In this document: positions 1 to 13,229 of the stretch, piece by piece
Position numbering within the stretch: position 1 is the first letter of the stretch
How the letters are laid out: each line of letters begins with the position of its first letter
Notes under the pieces: generated by a model
Seen by the model: only the letters and a program-made list of their open reading frames with translations
Database searches by the model: none
What the model was told of the DNA's origin: nothing
Origin: Octopus vulgaris
Taxonomy: Eukaryota
DNA length: 64,000 bases
Reading direction: 5' to 3'
NCBI GenBank assembly: GCA_951406725.2
Contig: OX597816.1
Location: 110,112,001 to 110,176,000, forward strand
Program-made: the position numbers and the translations under genes

Positions 1-143
1 GCTGTGTGGTAAGTAGCTTGCTTACCAACTACTTGGTTCTGGGTTTCGTTACACTGCATGGCAAGTGTCTTCTACTATAGCCTCAGGCCGACCAAAGCGT
101 TGTCAGTGGATTTGGTAGGCGGAACCTGAAAAAGCCCGTCGTA

Positions 144-240
<97 letters not shown>

Positions 241-452
241 ATTTGTGTGCCTGCGATTGTCCCCCATCATCGCTTGACAACCGATGCTGTTGAGTGTACG
301 TCTCCGTGACTTAGCGGTTAGGCTAAAGAGGCCGATAGAATAAGTACTAGGCTTACAAAGAATATGTCCAGGAGTCGATTTGCTCGACTAAAGGCGGTGC
401 TCCAGCATGGCCGCTGTCAAATGACTGAAACAAATAAAAGATTAAAAAGAGA
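1..452 (+). mobile_element. tRNA-derived SINE, type A (5' end cut by window edge), internal (TA)n(TG)n
   Basis: Co-linear with the copies at 11040 and 55995 (GCTGTGTGGTAAGTAGCTTG...CTACTATAGCCTC.GGCCGACCAAAG...GGCGGTGCTCCAGCATGGCC...ATGACTGAAAC); head resembles a tRNA with A/B boxes. Confidence 0.85.
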
Positions 453-454
453 GT

Positions 455-469
455 ATGATGATGATGATG

Positions 470-533
<64 letters not shown>

Positions 534-535
534 TA
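455..535. repeat. (GAT)n(AAT)n microsatellite
   Basis: Direct inspection. Confidence 0.95.
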
Positions 536-1226
536 GAGATAGAGATAGAGCGCTAGCCTAGACATCGGCTGGACGTGTTCTTCGCTGCTCTTGATAGTCA
601 GCAGCCGAAGCCACAGAAACACTAATATAACCCATCAGGACAACTGAGAAATAATTTTGAAAGATTGCAATATCTACAATTTCCTGCGACCATTTTTATT
701 TCCCTCAAAATAAGTTTAAAAGCTTACATATCTACAGTTTTCGAACACACAAACGATCTCCTTTAAAAACTTTAATATCTACAACTTCTGTGAATATCTA
801 TCCTTTCCTTACGCCCTGAGTATTCTAAAATGTAAACAATCTTTTTATTCTAAGACTATTACAGTTTTCTCTGCTCGGACATACAAACGATCATCTAGTA
901 AATTTTAAAACACTAATATCTACAATTTTCTTCAAAAATTTTACTCTCATTTTCTTTACTTTTCTTCTCCTTAAGTATCCGAAAATGTAAACATCCATTT
1001 TGATAGCAAAAACACTACGGTCTTCTCTGAACGGACACAGAATAAAACATTTCTAGAAAATCTAAAAGTTTAATATCTACAAGTTTTTGTGACAAAAAAT
1101 GTCTCCCTGACTACCCGAATATACATACAAGCCGTTTATTGCAACAATACAATTAAATGCACGATAAAAAGCAAAAAAAATATTCAAAGAAAAAAATTCA
1201 AGAAGGTGAACATCAATATATGTATT

Positions 1227-1269
<43 letters not shown>

Positions 1270-1299
1270 ATGTGTGTGTGTATGTATATGTATGTATGC

Positions 1300-1344
<45 letters not shown>

Positions 1345-1347
<3 letters not shown>

Positions 1348-1972
1348 ATAAAATACAGTGTATATTAAAACATATTAAGAGGCTTCCATCATAGGAATCC
1401 GTTATGCTAGAAAGAACAGTTAAATTCCAAACCAATAATTAGGGATAAATTCTCGAAAGAAATGAAAAATTTTACTATCTAATTCCTGGACCATAGTTTC
1501 TGACCTATTTTAGTAAATAAAAATTATTATTCACTAGGCGAAGTCGTTATCAACAGGGACGCCATAAATTAAATATATAAACAAGGAGACCAATCCAGCA
1601 TGCATCTCATTGCTTGTACATTTCAAATTTTTTTTCAAATCCACTGCACAATCAGTCTCTTTTTGTCGGCAGCAGGAAAATGCCGGCAAAATCTTCGAAC
1701 GAATCTACCAGAAATCATTATACATAATTAATGATATCAGGGTAATAAAAATTTTAGAAATTTCTACTACCAGTGGCCTAGCGTAAAAGAAATTAGTCAA
1801 TAGTCTATATATTATTCATATAAAATATAGTGTATATTAAAACACATTAAGAGGCTTCCATCATAGGAATCCATTACGCTAGAAAGAACAGTTAAAGTCC
1901 AAACCACTAATTAGGGATAAATTCTCGAAGGGAATGAAAAATAAAAACATTTACCATCTAATTCCTGGTCCA
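1345..1972. repeat. ~150 bp direct repeat (1345-1493 and ~1818-1972), probable PLE 3'-end fragments
   Basis: Both copies contain AGTGTATATTAAAACA.ATTAAGAGGCTTCCATCATAGGAATCC...TAGGGATAAATTCTCGAA; 1738-1825 resembles 4930-5015. Confidence 0.75.
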
Positions 1973-2052
1973 GGAATTCATATAGTAAATGGTCCAGGAA
2001 TTAGATCGTATATGTCCATCTAATACCTGGTCCAGGAATTAGATGGTAAATA

Positions 2053-2300
2053 GCCCAGAAAGAATATAAGAGACATCATGACAATATAGCAAGGATTGTG
2101 CATTGGACACTTTGCAACAAATATAGATTTAACAGAGCAAAAAGTTGTACGAACATAAAAACGAAGACATCATCGAAAATGACAATGCAAAGATCCTGTG
2201 GGATTTTATGATTCAGTGGGACCATGAGACAGAGAATAGGAAATCAGACATAAAGTTAATTGAGAAAGAAAGCAAACGATGCTGGATCGTAGATATAGAA
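2053..2300 (+). mobile_element. R4/Dong-like non-LTR retrotransposon fragment (restriction-like endonuclease region)
   Basis: Translates AQKEYKRHHDNIARIVHWTLC...YEH...ENDNAKILWDFMIQWD...NRKSDIKLIEKESKRCWIVDI: RHD-type motif, ILWDF and a degenerate PD..D; abuts (AAT)n/(ATT)n. Confidence 0.8.
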
Positions 2301-2306
2301 CGTAGA

Positions 2307-2307
2307 T

Positions 2308-2360
<53 letters not shown>

Positions 2361-2465
2361 GTTATTATTACTATTACTATTATTATTATCATCATCATTA
2401 TTATTATTGTTGTTGTTGTTGTTGTTGTTGTTGTCGTTGTTGTTGTTGTTATTATTATTATCATT
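2307..2465. repeat. (AAT)/(ATT)/(GTT) compound trinucleotide microsatellite
   Basis: Direct inspection. Confidence 0.95.
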
Positions 2466-3220
2466 GATATACCTGTAATATCACATGAGCCAAGTCAAGT
2501 TCGCATATTTTTATATAGGAACACATTTTATATTCTAATGTGAGGAAACATGACTATTTATATTCGAGCACATGTAACACATAAACACGTACGCACGAAC
2601 ACACTCTGTCACACACAAACACAGACACACACACATACACACATACACACACAAGCGCACACACGGTTAACCATAGACATATAAATACGAACTTGCACTT
2701 TGTTGTCCATTTATAATGTGCATGAAAGTTTACCTTTATGAAGGAACTTTTCATGATCATGATATTTAGTAAAGATGTATATGTATATACACAGTAAATA
2801 TCTAAATATTACTGACAAGTGCAATGTATATAACATCTACAACAACAATTAGAAGAGCAAGAACAACGTGAACTAGAAGCGCAGAGGCAGTAATAAATGA
2901 AAAAATGGGTGGTGACGATAATGACGACTGTGAAGATTGCCACAATGAGGATGATGATAATGATGACGGTGACGGCGATGATGATGACAGTGAAGATAAT
3001 GATAATGTTAATGGGTTCCTGCTCTTGCTAGTGATGTCATGTTGATGATTTTAATGATAGTAATGATAGCGCTGAAGATGATAAATAAATAAAATTTCTC
3101 CAAGTGCAAATATGCAATAAAGGAAAAAAAATTAAGAAATACTGATAACAGCAACAAAATTGCAATCAATATATCTCGCATACAAACACACATATGTGTG
3201 TCTATACATACATACATACA

Positions 3221-3279
<59 letters not shown>

Positions 3280-5346
3280 GAATGCATACACACACACATG
3301 TGTGTGCGTGCGAGTTTGTGGATGTCTATGTGTGTTGCTATACGTTCATAATACATATGTCTATACGTATGTATGAAGAAGCTAACTTTTAAATGCAAAC
3401 TCGTCTTTAATGGTCCATTTGCGGGATTTTTGCAAGTATATCTTAATGCAATATCTGCTGAATATGAATAAAAATATCTAATGAAGTTTGTAAACATCGT
3501 TGCACCAACCCGCGCCCTATACATTAACTAAAAATACTTTTCAACCTGCCAACCTGCCTACCTCATGTCAAATTTACACACATGGATATCTACATACACA
3601 GACACACACACGCACAAACACACACACATACATATATACATATTTCTATATATTACAGCAACACTGAAACGACCAGTAACAGGTTTGTCGTATATTCGTA
3701 TTTGCTTTCACAATTGTAAACATCGACATACCACATGATACATTAATGTTATGGAGACATCTTCAACGAAAACTGTAAAGCTTTAAAAGGAACGAAAGTT
3801 AATTTTCACATATTACGGTATATAAGTATGCGCAATGTGGTGAATGTGTGTGCGTATGATGCATGTGTGCGTGTATGCGCGTGTATATGTTTGTGTGTGT
3901 GTGTGAGAGAGATTGTGTGTATGTGTGTATGAATGTGTATGTATGTGTACTCATGTATTTGCAATGAAAATGGTTCTGGTTTCTATGCATATATTTAGCG
4001 TATATACGCTTGTGCCTTTTGTGCATGCATATCTATCTATCTGTCTATCTCTGTGTCTCTCTGTGTCTCTCTTTCTGTATGTGTGCGTGTGAGAGAGTGA
4101 ATATATCAATCTTTGTATGTGTTTCTATGCATGTGTATTATGCATTTACGTATTCACTTGTATATACACATTTACATTATATAGACACGGTCATTTCCTC
4201 ACGGACACGCACGTATGCATATAAATTTCCATATTCATTTCCTGATGCTATGCAGCATGTGTATCATATGGCAAAGTCATGATACTGAATGTTTAGTTTT
4301 TGAATCTTACAAAGCCTAGTCTGCACAACCATATTTCTGTAATGTAGTCGATTAAAACACTTTGATTGATTGAAATTTTTCATGTTAATCGTAGGTAACA
4401 ATATACGCAGGATGTAAGTGTTTACATGTACACGGACAGTGTGGAGGTACAGAAAATTTCCTAGTTCTGAGTAAAAGAAAATGCATGAAGGATCAGTTAA
4501 TACTGGTTTTATTCAACATATTCTTATCTCAGATTCACACATGTATTCAGTTTTTCTAAGCCCTGGAAAAAAAAATGGGAATGTTGGGCCTCCAAGGAAG
4601 ACTTCTGTTATATACTTAAGGGCAACAACTTTTCAACACCCTCTCGTATGTATAAGTGCATGTATGCGTTTATTACGTATGTTTTTATGGATTTATTTTG
4701 TGACATTCTCACTGAGAACGCTCACGAACACGTGTGTGCTCGCACACACACACACACACACACGCACACACACACACTCATACATACACACTTACACATA
4801 CAGTCAAAACATGAGATCCAGAGATTTTCCATGTAGAAAACATTCTGTAGCGGTCAAATGTCTGGGACTTACACTCAGAGTATAGAATGCATATAAGAGG
4901 AATATATATATATATATAAACATAATCAAAAAGGGTAATAACATAGGTTATTATTACCAGTGGACTAGCACAAAAGACGAATTAGTCATTAGACAAAATA
5001 TTATTCATATAGAAATATAATAAAAGGCTCCCAAATGTATGAATATCAATAGTACAGTAATTGTTTGTTATCAGGAACAAATGCAAGGTCATCCACATAA
5101 CATTTCATACCTCGAACGTTTAATCATAGAATATACATTCATGACATCACGGAAGATGAAACATAACTCATCTGTACAAGCATATAAGAAAGTGCGAGAA
5201 AAATATGTGAATACATTTCATCACGGTTAATGTTAATACTTTAGCGATTAAGAAATAAATATGTTTTAAAAAACATTACAACACCTAGAAAATAAATACG
5301 TAAAAATATAGTATAAAGTAATATATAAATATATAGGTATATAAAA

Positions 5347-5378
<32 letters not shown>

Positions 5379-5525
5379 GGAGGCATATAAATAAGTAATA
5401 TATAATATATAATGTAAAAAGAAAAGTTCATCGTTTAGAAAATCTTTTAAAATTTACTTTTCAAATAAAGGAAACCTATAGTTAAAAACCAGTGTCCAAG
5501 CAAAAAAGAAGAAACCATATTTACA

Positions 5526-5606
5526 TTCCCTATGGCCATTTCAAGGGTACATTACTGTATTTATAGCACTAGGGTGCATCTCAATAATAACTCCTTCGTC
5601 AGGGGG
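5526..5606 (-). ncRNA. Minimal type I hammerhead ribozyme motif
   Basis: ccc-CUGACGA-agg...ccuu-GAAAU-GGCC-AUA-gggaa. Confidence 0.75.
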
Positions 5607-5638
5607 ACGGTACGTGATGATGTCTGTCTCTCTATTGT

Positions 5639-5720
5639 TTCCCCTGACGAAGGAGTTATTATTTTGATGCACCCTAGTGTTTTAAATACAGTAACGTACC
5701 CATGAAATAGCCATAGGGAA
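5639..5720 (+). ncRNA. Minimal hammerhead motif (inverted copy, partly decayed)
   Basis: uuccc-CUGACGA-agg...GAAAU-AGCC-AUA-gggaa; 5 bp stem I. Confidence 0.7.
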
Positions 5721-6058
5721 TGTAAATATGGCTTCTTTTTTGCTTGGACGCTGTTTTTTAACTATAGGTTTCTTTTATATGAAAAGTAATTTTTAAAAGA
5801 TTTTCTAAACGATGAACTTTATTTTTACATTATATATTATATATTACTTATTTATATGCTTCCTATATATATATTTATATATTTTTATATACCTATATTA
5901 CTTTATACTATATTACTTTATATTACTTTATACTATATTTATATTATATTTATATTAATTTATACTATATTTTTATGTATTTATTTTCTAGGTGTTGTAA
6001 TGTTTTTTTAAAAAATATATATTTTTTAATCGCTAAAGTATTAACATTAACCGTGATG

Positions 6059-6455
<397 letters not shown>

Positions 6456-7299
6456 GTTGCAAATTGCTACATTACATATATATATATACAGTCTTTGGTA
6501 ACAGGGACATGTTAAGGACATAAAAAAGTTCAACAAGTTCCTTAAAATATTGAGCAAAAAAGATTACATAAATAATCGTTCTTAAGGACATAAGATAGTT
6601 TCCAGAAGGAATTGATATTGATACTGTATCTGTATATTCAAACATGCACAGAATATTGGTTGACACAGAGTACTATAATCCATATAAATATAAAGTATTT
6701 GGTGACAACAGTATGTTGAGAATATAAAAAAGTTTAACAAGCTCATTGAAATAATGGGCAGAAAAGATTAAAACAAATATGTTATACATCTCAGGGTAAT
6801 TTCCAGGAGGAATTATTAAAAAAAGTTCAGTATACACATACAGAATATTATGAGTTCAAAAAGATTTACATTATTGTAGTGGTGAAGTTGTAACTAACCT
6901 GTCCGTTTTAGGAGAAATGTGGAATTGAAAAGAATGTACCCTTTTTTTCTTTTTTTCTTTTTTTTGGCTCTCCTTCAAGCATCAATGATTTTGGGGTTAG
7001 GATGAGGTGACTATGTGTGTCTTTGTGTGTATGTGTGTATGCATACATATATATGTGGTGTGAATAGATGTGTCTGTGTGTCTGTAATGTTTGGTCGGAT
7101 GGTGTAAATAGATGTGTGTTGTTTAAAGAATTTTTTGGGGTAGGATGGTGTGTGTATATGTGTGCCCGCCCGTGTGCGCGTCTACGCGTGTGTGCGGGCC
7201 ATACACATATATGTATATATATATATATATATAAATATATATATATGTATATATATATATATGAATATATATATATATGTATATATATATATGTATATA

Positions 7300-7339
<40 letters not shown>

Positions 7340-7345
7340 TATATG

Positions 7346-7377
<32 letters not shown>

Positions 7378-7421
7378 AATATATGGTACAACGAAGTACC
7401 GATATTTACTGGAAAGCATTA

Positions 7422-7510
<89 letters not shown>

Positions 7511-8559
7511 TATGTGTGTATGTGTATATATATATATTAATAAAAGGATTTCCAACCTTGTCTGATTTTCACGTTTTATTTACAATCTTATAATGATATA
7601 TAAGATAATATAATAGAATAAAATAAAATAGTAGAATGTTAAATGTTCATTCTGATTGAACTAGTACTTTTATATGATCGGAATCTAATCAATGATGGTA
7701 CTCTTATCAATCATATGGTAAATATGTTTCATTAACATACTCTTAGTATACACTTCATTCTGTCCATGAATTATCTCTTGTAATAATGATTGCTTTGTAT
7801 ATCTCCAATTAAATCTACCCGCTTCAGTTTCTTCTCCTCAAAGCAGTTGCTCTGAGTCCTCGGCTTAACTTCCTTCTAAATGTACACAATTCGATATTAA
7901 GTCATACCAAAGAAAAATCTATGTTTAAAATAGGTGTTATGTTTTTCATCGAACTCATTCTAATCAATTGCTCTCAAAAACATTGATTCATAAGCAAGTA
8001 ATATATTTATTGTTTAAATAAGTAATTCAGATACTCAGACATAGATATCTTTACTCAGTTACCTGATTTAGGAGAAAGTAAAAGAAAAAAAGGTTAGAGG
8101 CTTGGCAATTCCTCTTGTGCATAATACAATCAGTAATATGAAGAAAGAACCTAACTGATAGGACCAATCATAGCACAGAAAGTAACACGAACTTTTTATG
8201 TAGATAACTTTTCTAACATATTTACATTTCTTGCAAATTTTCAAAACTGCAATCAAATGCAGGTTGGGTTGTAAAGTTACTATTCTCAAAGAGCTGAAGA
8301 TAAGTTGCAGATAATTACAATGTAATAGATTTTAAATTAAATTCTTGTTATTTAAATTAGATTTACTTTGTTATTGATTCATGCAATGAATTAGTGCTGT
8401 CGAATCTTTCGAATGGAAAACTGTGAGGACTTTATAATACTCGTTACTATTGCTACGGTTTTAGAATAACCTTATTGTGTAATACTATATGCAATTCTTT
8501 ACATATAAATACATATATTTATGTATTATCTATCTATATATCTATCTAACTATCTATAT

Positions 8560-8770
8560 TATTTATTTCAGTCATTAAGCTGTGGTCAAGATTAGTCGAA
8601 AAAATAGACCCAATACTGTTTTTAGAAAGTCTGGTACTTATTCTATACGTCCCTTTTAACCTAACCGCTAAGCCATGAGGACATGAGCAAACCAGCATCA
8701 GTTGCCAATCAGTGGTGGCGGGGCAAACACAAAGACATACGCACGCGCGCTCACACACACACATACATGC
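8560..8770 (-). mobile_element. Type A SINE, degenerate 3' half
   Basis: TTTCAGTCATT...GTACTTATTCTAT...AACCGCTAAG...ACCAGCATC.GTTG matches the reverse complement of the type A body. Confidence 0.7.
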
Positions 8771-9179
8771 GTTCTCAAACATATTTCAGAATAAGAAAGC
8801 CAGTTTTTTTTATCCAAAAGGATGTGACACCTAAGTATTTAATATGTACGTTTTAGATTATTCTGTGATATATAATTAGAAAATATATCCCTCTAGCAAG
8901 ACCGCCCTCTGTTATTACATTTCAAAATATAAACAAACAGGTGGCATTATTTTATACACATCGCAATGGGAGTTGAATTGAGCAACTAAGATAGGAGGGA
9001 GCATTCGTATAGAAAGGAGGTAGGGAGGGAAGAGAGAGAAAGAGAAGGAGAGAGAGAGAGAGAGAGTGTGTGTGTGTGTGAGTGTAAGTGCGGTAAGGGC
9101 AGAGACGAAAGGAAGGAGAATATTTGAGCAAAGGTTAAAGTAAGTGACTGGTTATGTTAGGTATGAGTAGAAAACATTA

Positions 9180-10975
9180 TGGATAATGGAAAACAGTATA
9201 CGGAATTGAAAATTCCAAGAAGGAGAGTAATATTAATGATTTTAATTTTTCATCATTTAATTTATTCGTTAAAACTGTGTCTATAACTGTTCATGGTTAA
9301 CTTGTCATATATGTGGGTTGCTTATGCGTGTACGTATGTATGTTTGATTAAAACCTTCCATCATAATTATTTGATTAGAATGGCACTGTTGGATAAAGCT
9401 CTTAATGCTGTTGAGGCATTCTTTAAAACGCAGTACGGATGTTTGAGGTGGCCTATACAGCCTAACTACTATGAGGTCATTGGTTTTGTTGTGCACGGTG
9501 ACTGATTCACAATAGCCACTGGAGAACGTCATATTTCCATTTGCCGAAAAGGAATCACGCATGAAAATAGCATCTCCACCCTTCCTTCTGTGGCCTCGAT
9601 CCACGCAGATGTTTGTGAAATTCATCTCTTTCACTTCGGCTTCCAAGTGGGTATTATCAAGGTCGGTCTCGGTAAGAATGAAGAAAAGGTTGTGATGTGG
9701 ATGTTTACCAACCCAATCCTCAATGAATTGGATCTTGCATATTTGTGCATTGGTGGAAGAACTGACACCCTGTGCATTGTGTAGAAATGTTGGGGCAAGC
9801 ATAGTGACGGGTTTTGACTGGTGCAGGGATCTTTTTTTCTGAAAGTGTGTTAGTGACAGCAATGTTGGTGTTGTAGCACTGGGGTAATAACATAGGATGC
9901 TACAGAGCGATGGCTAAAATTTTTGTCAGGTTCAACATAGCTAAAAAAAGAAGTTTCCTACTCAGGGAGCAGTTTTTGAGTGGAGGTGCGGTTTCTTTGT
10001 TGGGTGGTGTTGTCTTCCCTCTTTTGTTGTTGGTTTTGTTTTTGTGTCTTCACGAAAAGACTAGGCCATCATTTCTGGGGCAGGAAGTGTCTTTACTGTG
10101 GTTTATGCGTTGGCTTGGAGCCCCATTTCTGTTAGTGCGTCGGGTCCCTGGAAGACGAGTGAAGGGATTACTCACACAACAGACATGGTTTCTCGCTTTC
10201 AGAATACCGATAGATTCTAGAATTCCGTGTTATGCGTGTTTTAACGGTCAATTTACTATTTGGGGGTGTTGATGTTGATGTAAATGTAAGATGGGGGCTT
10301 TGGCTTGCAGCGTTTGTCGGATTGTACGTCTAGTGCAAGGTAGATGTGTGAGGATGCAGTCATTACGTGTGCAGAGCCTGTCACGTAGTGCACAACGGCA
10401 TATTTGGTGTTTCTTTTAGTGTCGTGGGGGACACATTCTGCTTCATAATTTTTTTTCAGTATTTTATACTAGGGTAAGATTGAGCTAGCGATGTGAGAGA
10501 AGAAAGTGGTGGTTCTTTTTAGTATTTGAGGTGGTAGAAAACGATGGTGGTAGAGGTGGTAGTGATGATGATGATGATGAAGTTGATGACATTTGTGGTG
10601 GCTGCTATGAGAATAGTGAGTGAGAGAGATTTGAAGACATACCATCGTTCAGTAAAATAGGTATTATGCTTGAATTTAGGAGCGGCTCTTCCTGTTGGTG
10701 TTACTCTTCATGATGTTCTGGCTATATTGACCAATATTTGAATTAGTTTGAAGGAAACCTTGATGTGATTTAGTTTGCTGCGTATCTGCTTAACAGATAG
10801 ATTTTCGAGTATATGGGCTGTTTCTTCGGCAATCTCATTTTGTGTTCGGGAGAGAGAAGACCATGTGCTTATTAAGAGGTCAATTTCATTATCAGACCAA
10901 TTTCATTTGCTGTAAGTCTGCTGGTTAGACGCCATGATTTCTTTCACTTGGTTTTGTTTTGCTTCAGATATATGT
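9180..10975 (-). mobile_element. 5' portion of an APE-type LINE (CR1/L2/Jockey group): decayed ORF1 plus endonuclease
   Basis: ORF 9305-9862 has LTETDL, DR...KGG, LYRPP and MEGFN (=GDFN) APE motifs; ~10330-10410 reads ICRCALRDRLCTRNDCILTH (CCCH-like finger). Confidence 0.8.
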
Positions 10976-11232
10976 ATGTATTCTTTCTTATGTCTGTGAG
11001 GCTTTGGTTATCTGAAGATAGTAACGAAGTGTATAAATAGGCGCAGGCGTGGCTATATGTTAAGAAGCTTGCTACCCAACCACATGGTTCCGTTTTCAGT
11101 CTCACTATGTAGTAACTTGGGGAAGTGTTTTCTACTATAGCCTCGGACCGACCAAATCCTTGTGAGTGGATTTGGTAGATGGAAACTGAAAGAAACCCGT
11201 TGCATACATATATATGTATATATGATTGTGTG

Positions 11233-11683
11233 TGTAGTGACGCCAGATTTCTGACGCAATTTGGGGATTTTCATCCGCGCATGCGCAAGCATCAGTCTTC
11301 CGGGAGGCGTGCCGGAAGTCCCTCATGGGCATGCACAGTCATCAGCTGCTGCTAGGTTTGACCGCTATTCTCTCTATCGGCCATCGGCTTCCTACCAGAT
11401 AGGACGCGACTGAGAACAGCTCCGTGGAGCTGCCAATCTGACGGCGAGTAACGTTGCGAGTCTGTGAAAATGCCTTTGTATTTTGTCTCTAACTACTAAC
11501 CCTGCTGCTTCCACCCAGGCGTCCACGCTACTGATGTCCAGAGATGGAAATGCTTGTTTCGGCGAAAATAAATTATTTTTGTTATCTGTTCGGAGATTCG
11601 TGTTCCTGCTATTTTCCTTTCTACATCTATGTAAGGTGATATGATGGGCCCCAACCAATGACAATATCCCATAAAATCCTACA
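11233..11683. mobile_element. Probable solo LTR (451 bp), gypsy-like
   Basis: Starts TGTAG, ends CTACA, flanked by TGTG on both sides (candidate 4 bp TSD), internal AATAAA, cleanly splits a SINE. Confidence 0.7.
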
Positions 11684-11705
11684 TGTGTCTGTATTTGTCA
11701 ACCTA

Positions 11706-11938
11706 CCTATTTCTTTACTACCCACAAGGGGCTAAACATTGAGTGGACAAACAAAGACAGACAAAGGGATTGTCGATTACAGCGACCCCAGTGTGTAACT
11801 GGTACTTAATTTAATGACCCCGAAAGGATGAAAGGCAAAGTCGACCTGGGCGGAATTTGAACTCAGAACGTAACGGCAGACGAAGAACGGCTACGCATTT
11901 CGCCCGGCGCGCTAACGACTCTGCCAGCTCGCCGCCTT
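11706..11938 (-). mobile_element. tRNA-derived SINE, type B (Meta-domain-like centre)
   Basis: Minus strand AGGCGGCGAGCTGGCAGAGTCGTTAG...GAGTTCAAATTCCGCC (A/B boxes) then GCCTTTCATCCTTTCGGGGTC...TAAGTACCAG. Confidence 0.8.
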
Positions 11939-12259
11939 GAACTTGTCCACTCACCATCGCTTTACAACCGATGTTTACCGATTACAAGGCTTACATAGAA
12001 TAAATCCTGCGGTCGATTTGTTCGACCAAAGGCGGTGCTCCAGCATGACCGCAGTTAAATGACTGAAACCAATAAAAGAATAAAAGAATAGATATATTCT
12101 CTCTTATGAGTGTGCGTTTTTTTGGGTATTTGGTTGTTTGTGTATAAGCGAGTGGTTATTTTCTATACAATAATTTGTAGTTAAATATATAAAAAAAACG
12201 TACTTACGAGTTTGTAGATAAACACGTGGGTATAAATATATATATATATATATATATAT

Positions 12260-12685
12260 AAGTTCAGCAAAATTTTAGATTCAAATGAATATAGTACTTA
12301 ATTTAGATGCACCAGAATTTTGTATGGTGTTATTCATAAAAATCCGTGGGGTGATTATAATCAAAATAAGCAACGAGAATGACTCCGGTAATTTGGTACG
12401 ATCGTTTCGTACTACATCATTTTATTAAATGTTGTAAGTATTACAACAGATTTAAGATGCTGAGTACTCATCAGCCAATTATAGAGGTTTTCCATTAATA
12501 CAAAAATTTTCAAATCAAGTGGCAACATTAGAGAGAAGGTAGATATATAGACAAAGATGTGGATTTAAATTTTAAGAACATATGAAGTAGTGGAGTCATA
12601 CTTACAACATTCAATAAAATGATGTAGTACGAAACGATCGAACCAAATTATCGGGGTCATTCTTGCTGCTTATTTTGATTATATA
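12260..12685 (-). mobile_element. HHR-bearing PLE terminal fragment with inverted partial copy, between (TA)n arrays
   Basis: ~12357-12442 is inverted at ~12598-12683; (TA)n at 12236-12260 and 12680-12748. Confidence 0.8.
12392..12478 (-). ncRNA. Minimal type I hammerhead ribozyme, intact canonical core
   Basis: uugg-CUGAUGA-guacu...aguac-GAAAC-GAUC-GUA-ccaa. Confidence 0.85.
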
Positions 12686-12749
<64 letters not shown>

Positions 12750-12753
<4 letters not shown>

Positions 12754-13229
12754 GAAATGAAGAAAATGCTGACAAATAATTGAAGTAATTTAAGTAATTT
12801 AATTAGGTGAAAGTTCTTTTTACCGGTTGCGCATTTGTTATGCTTATCAAAATATAAAAGAGAGATTAGAGTCTGTCTCTTATATGTGAAAAAAAGAGGC
12901 TCCAGAGTTGTTTGGGATTTGCTTGGTTTCGCGCCTAAAATTTTGATTGGTCATTATGAAGGGGTCACGTGAATGTTTGAATGGAAGTTGGTGTTGGGGT
13001 AAGAAAAAAGGCTCCAGAGAAGTTAAAATTTGGCTAGTGTCCCGCCTAAAATTTCTTATTGGCCATAATAAAGAGGTCACGTGAATGTTTAGAATTTTCG
13101 AAAATAGTGTTGTTGAAAATTCTTATTGTTCAGGCTGGTCAGTAGACGTCATGTGGATATTTTAAATAGCTTTTTAGCGCGTAGTTAGGGAGTGTATTTT
13201 AAAAAGCTATTTAAAATATCCACATGACG
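12750..13229 (-). mobile_element. PLE terminal fragment with decayed U3-A8 HHR, ~120 bp tandem repeat and terminal 30 bp hairpin
   Basis: 12815-12856 minus: UUGAUAA-gcau-aacaa-augc-GCAAC-CG-GUA; tandem units ~12888-12978 and ~13003-13090; perfect IR 13147-13176/13200-13229. Confidence 0.7.

Larger units (their letters stand above)
11040..12090 (+). mobile_element. Type A SINE interrupted by a solo LTR and a second SINE
   Basis: Head 11040-11232, short piece 11684-11700 and tail ~11943-12090 reassemble co-linearly with the copy at 55995. Confidence 0.85.

Noticed and set aside
660-1090. CRISPR-like spacing of short repeats
   Set aside because: Eukaryotic context, degenerate repeats, irregular and mutually similar spacers, no cas genes.
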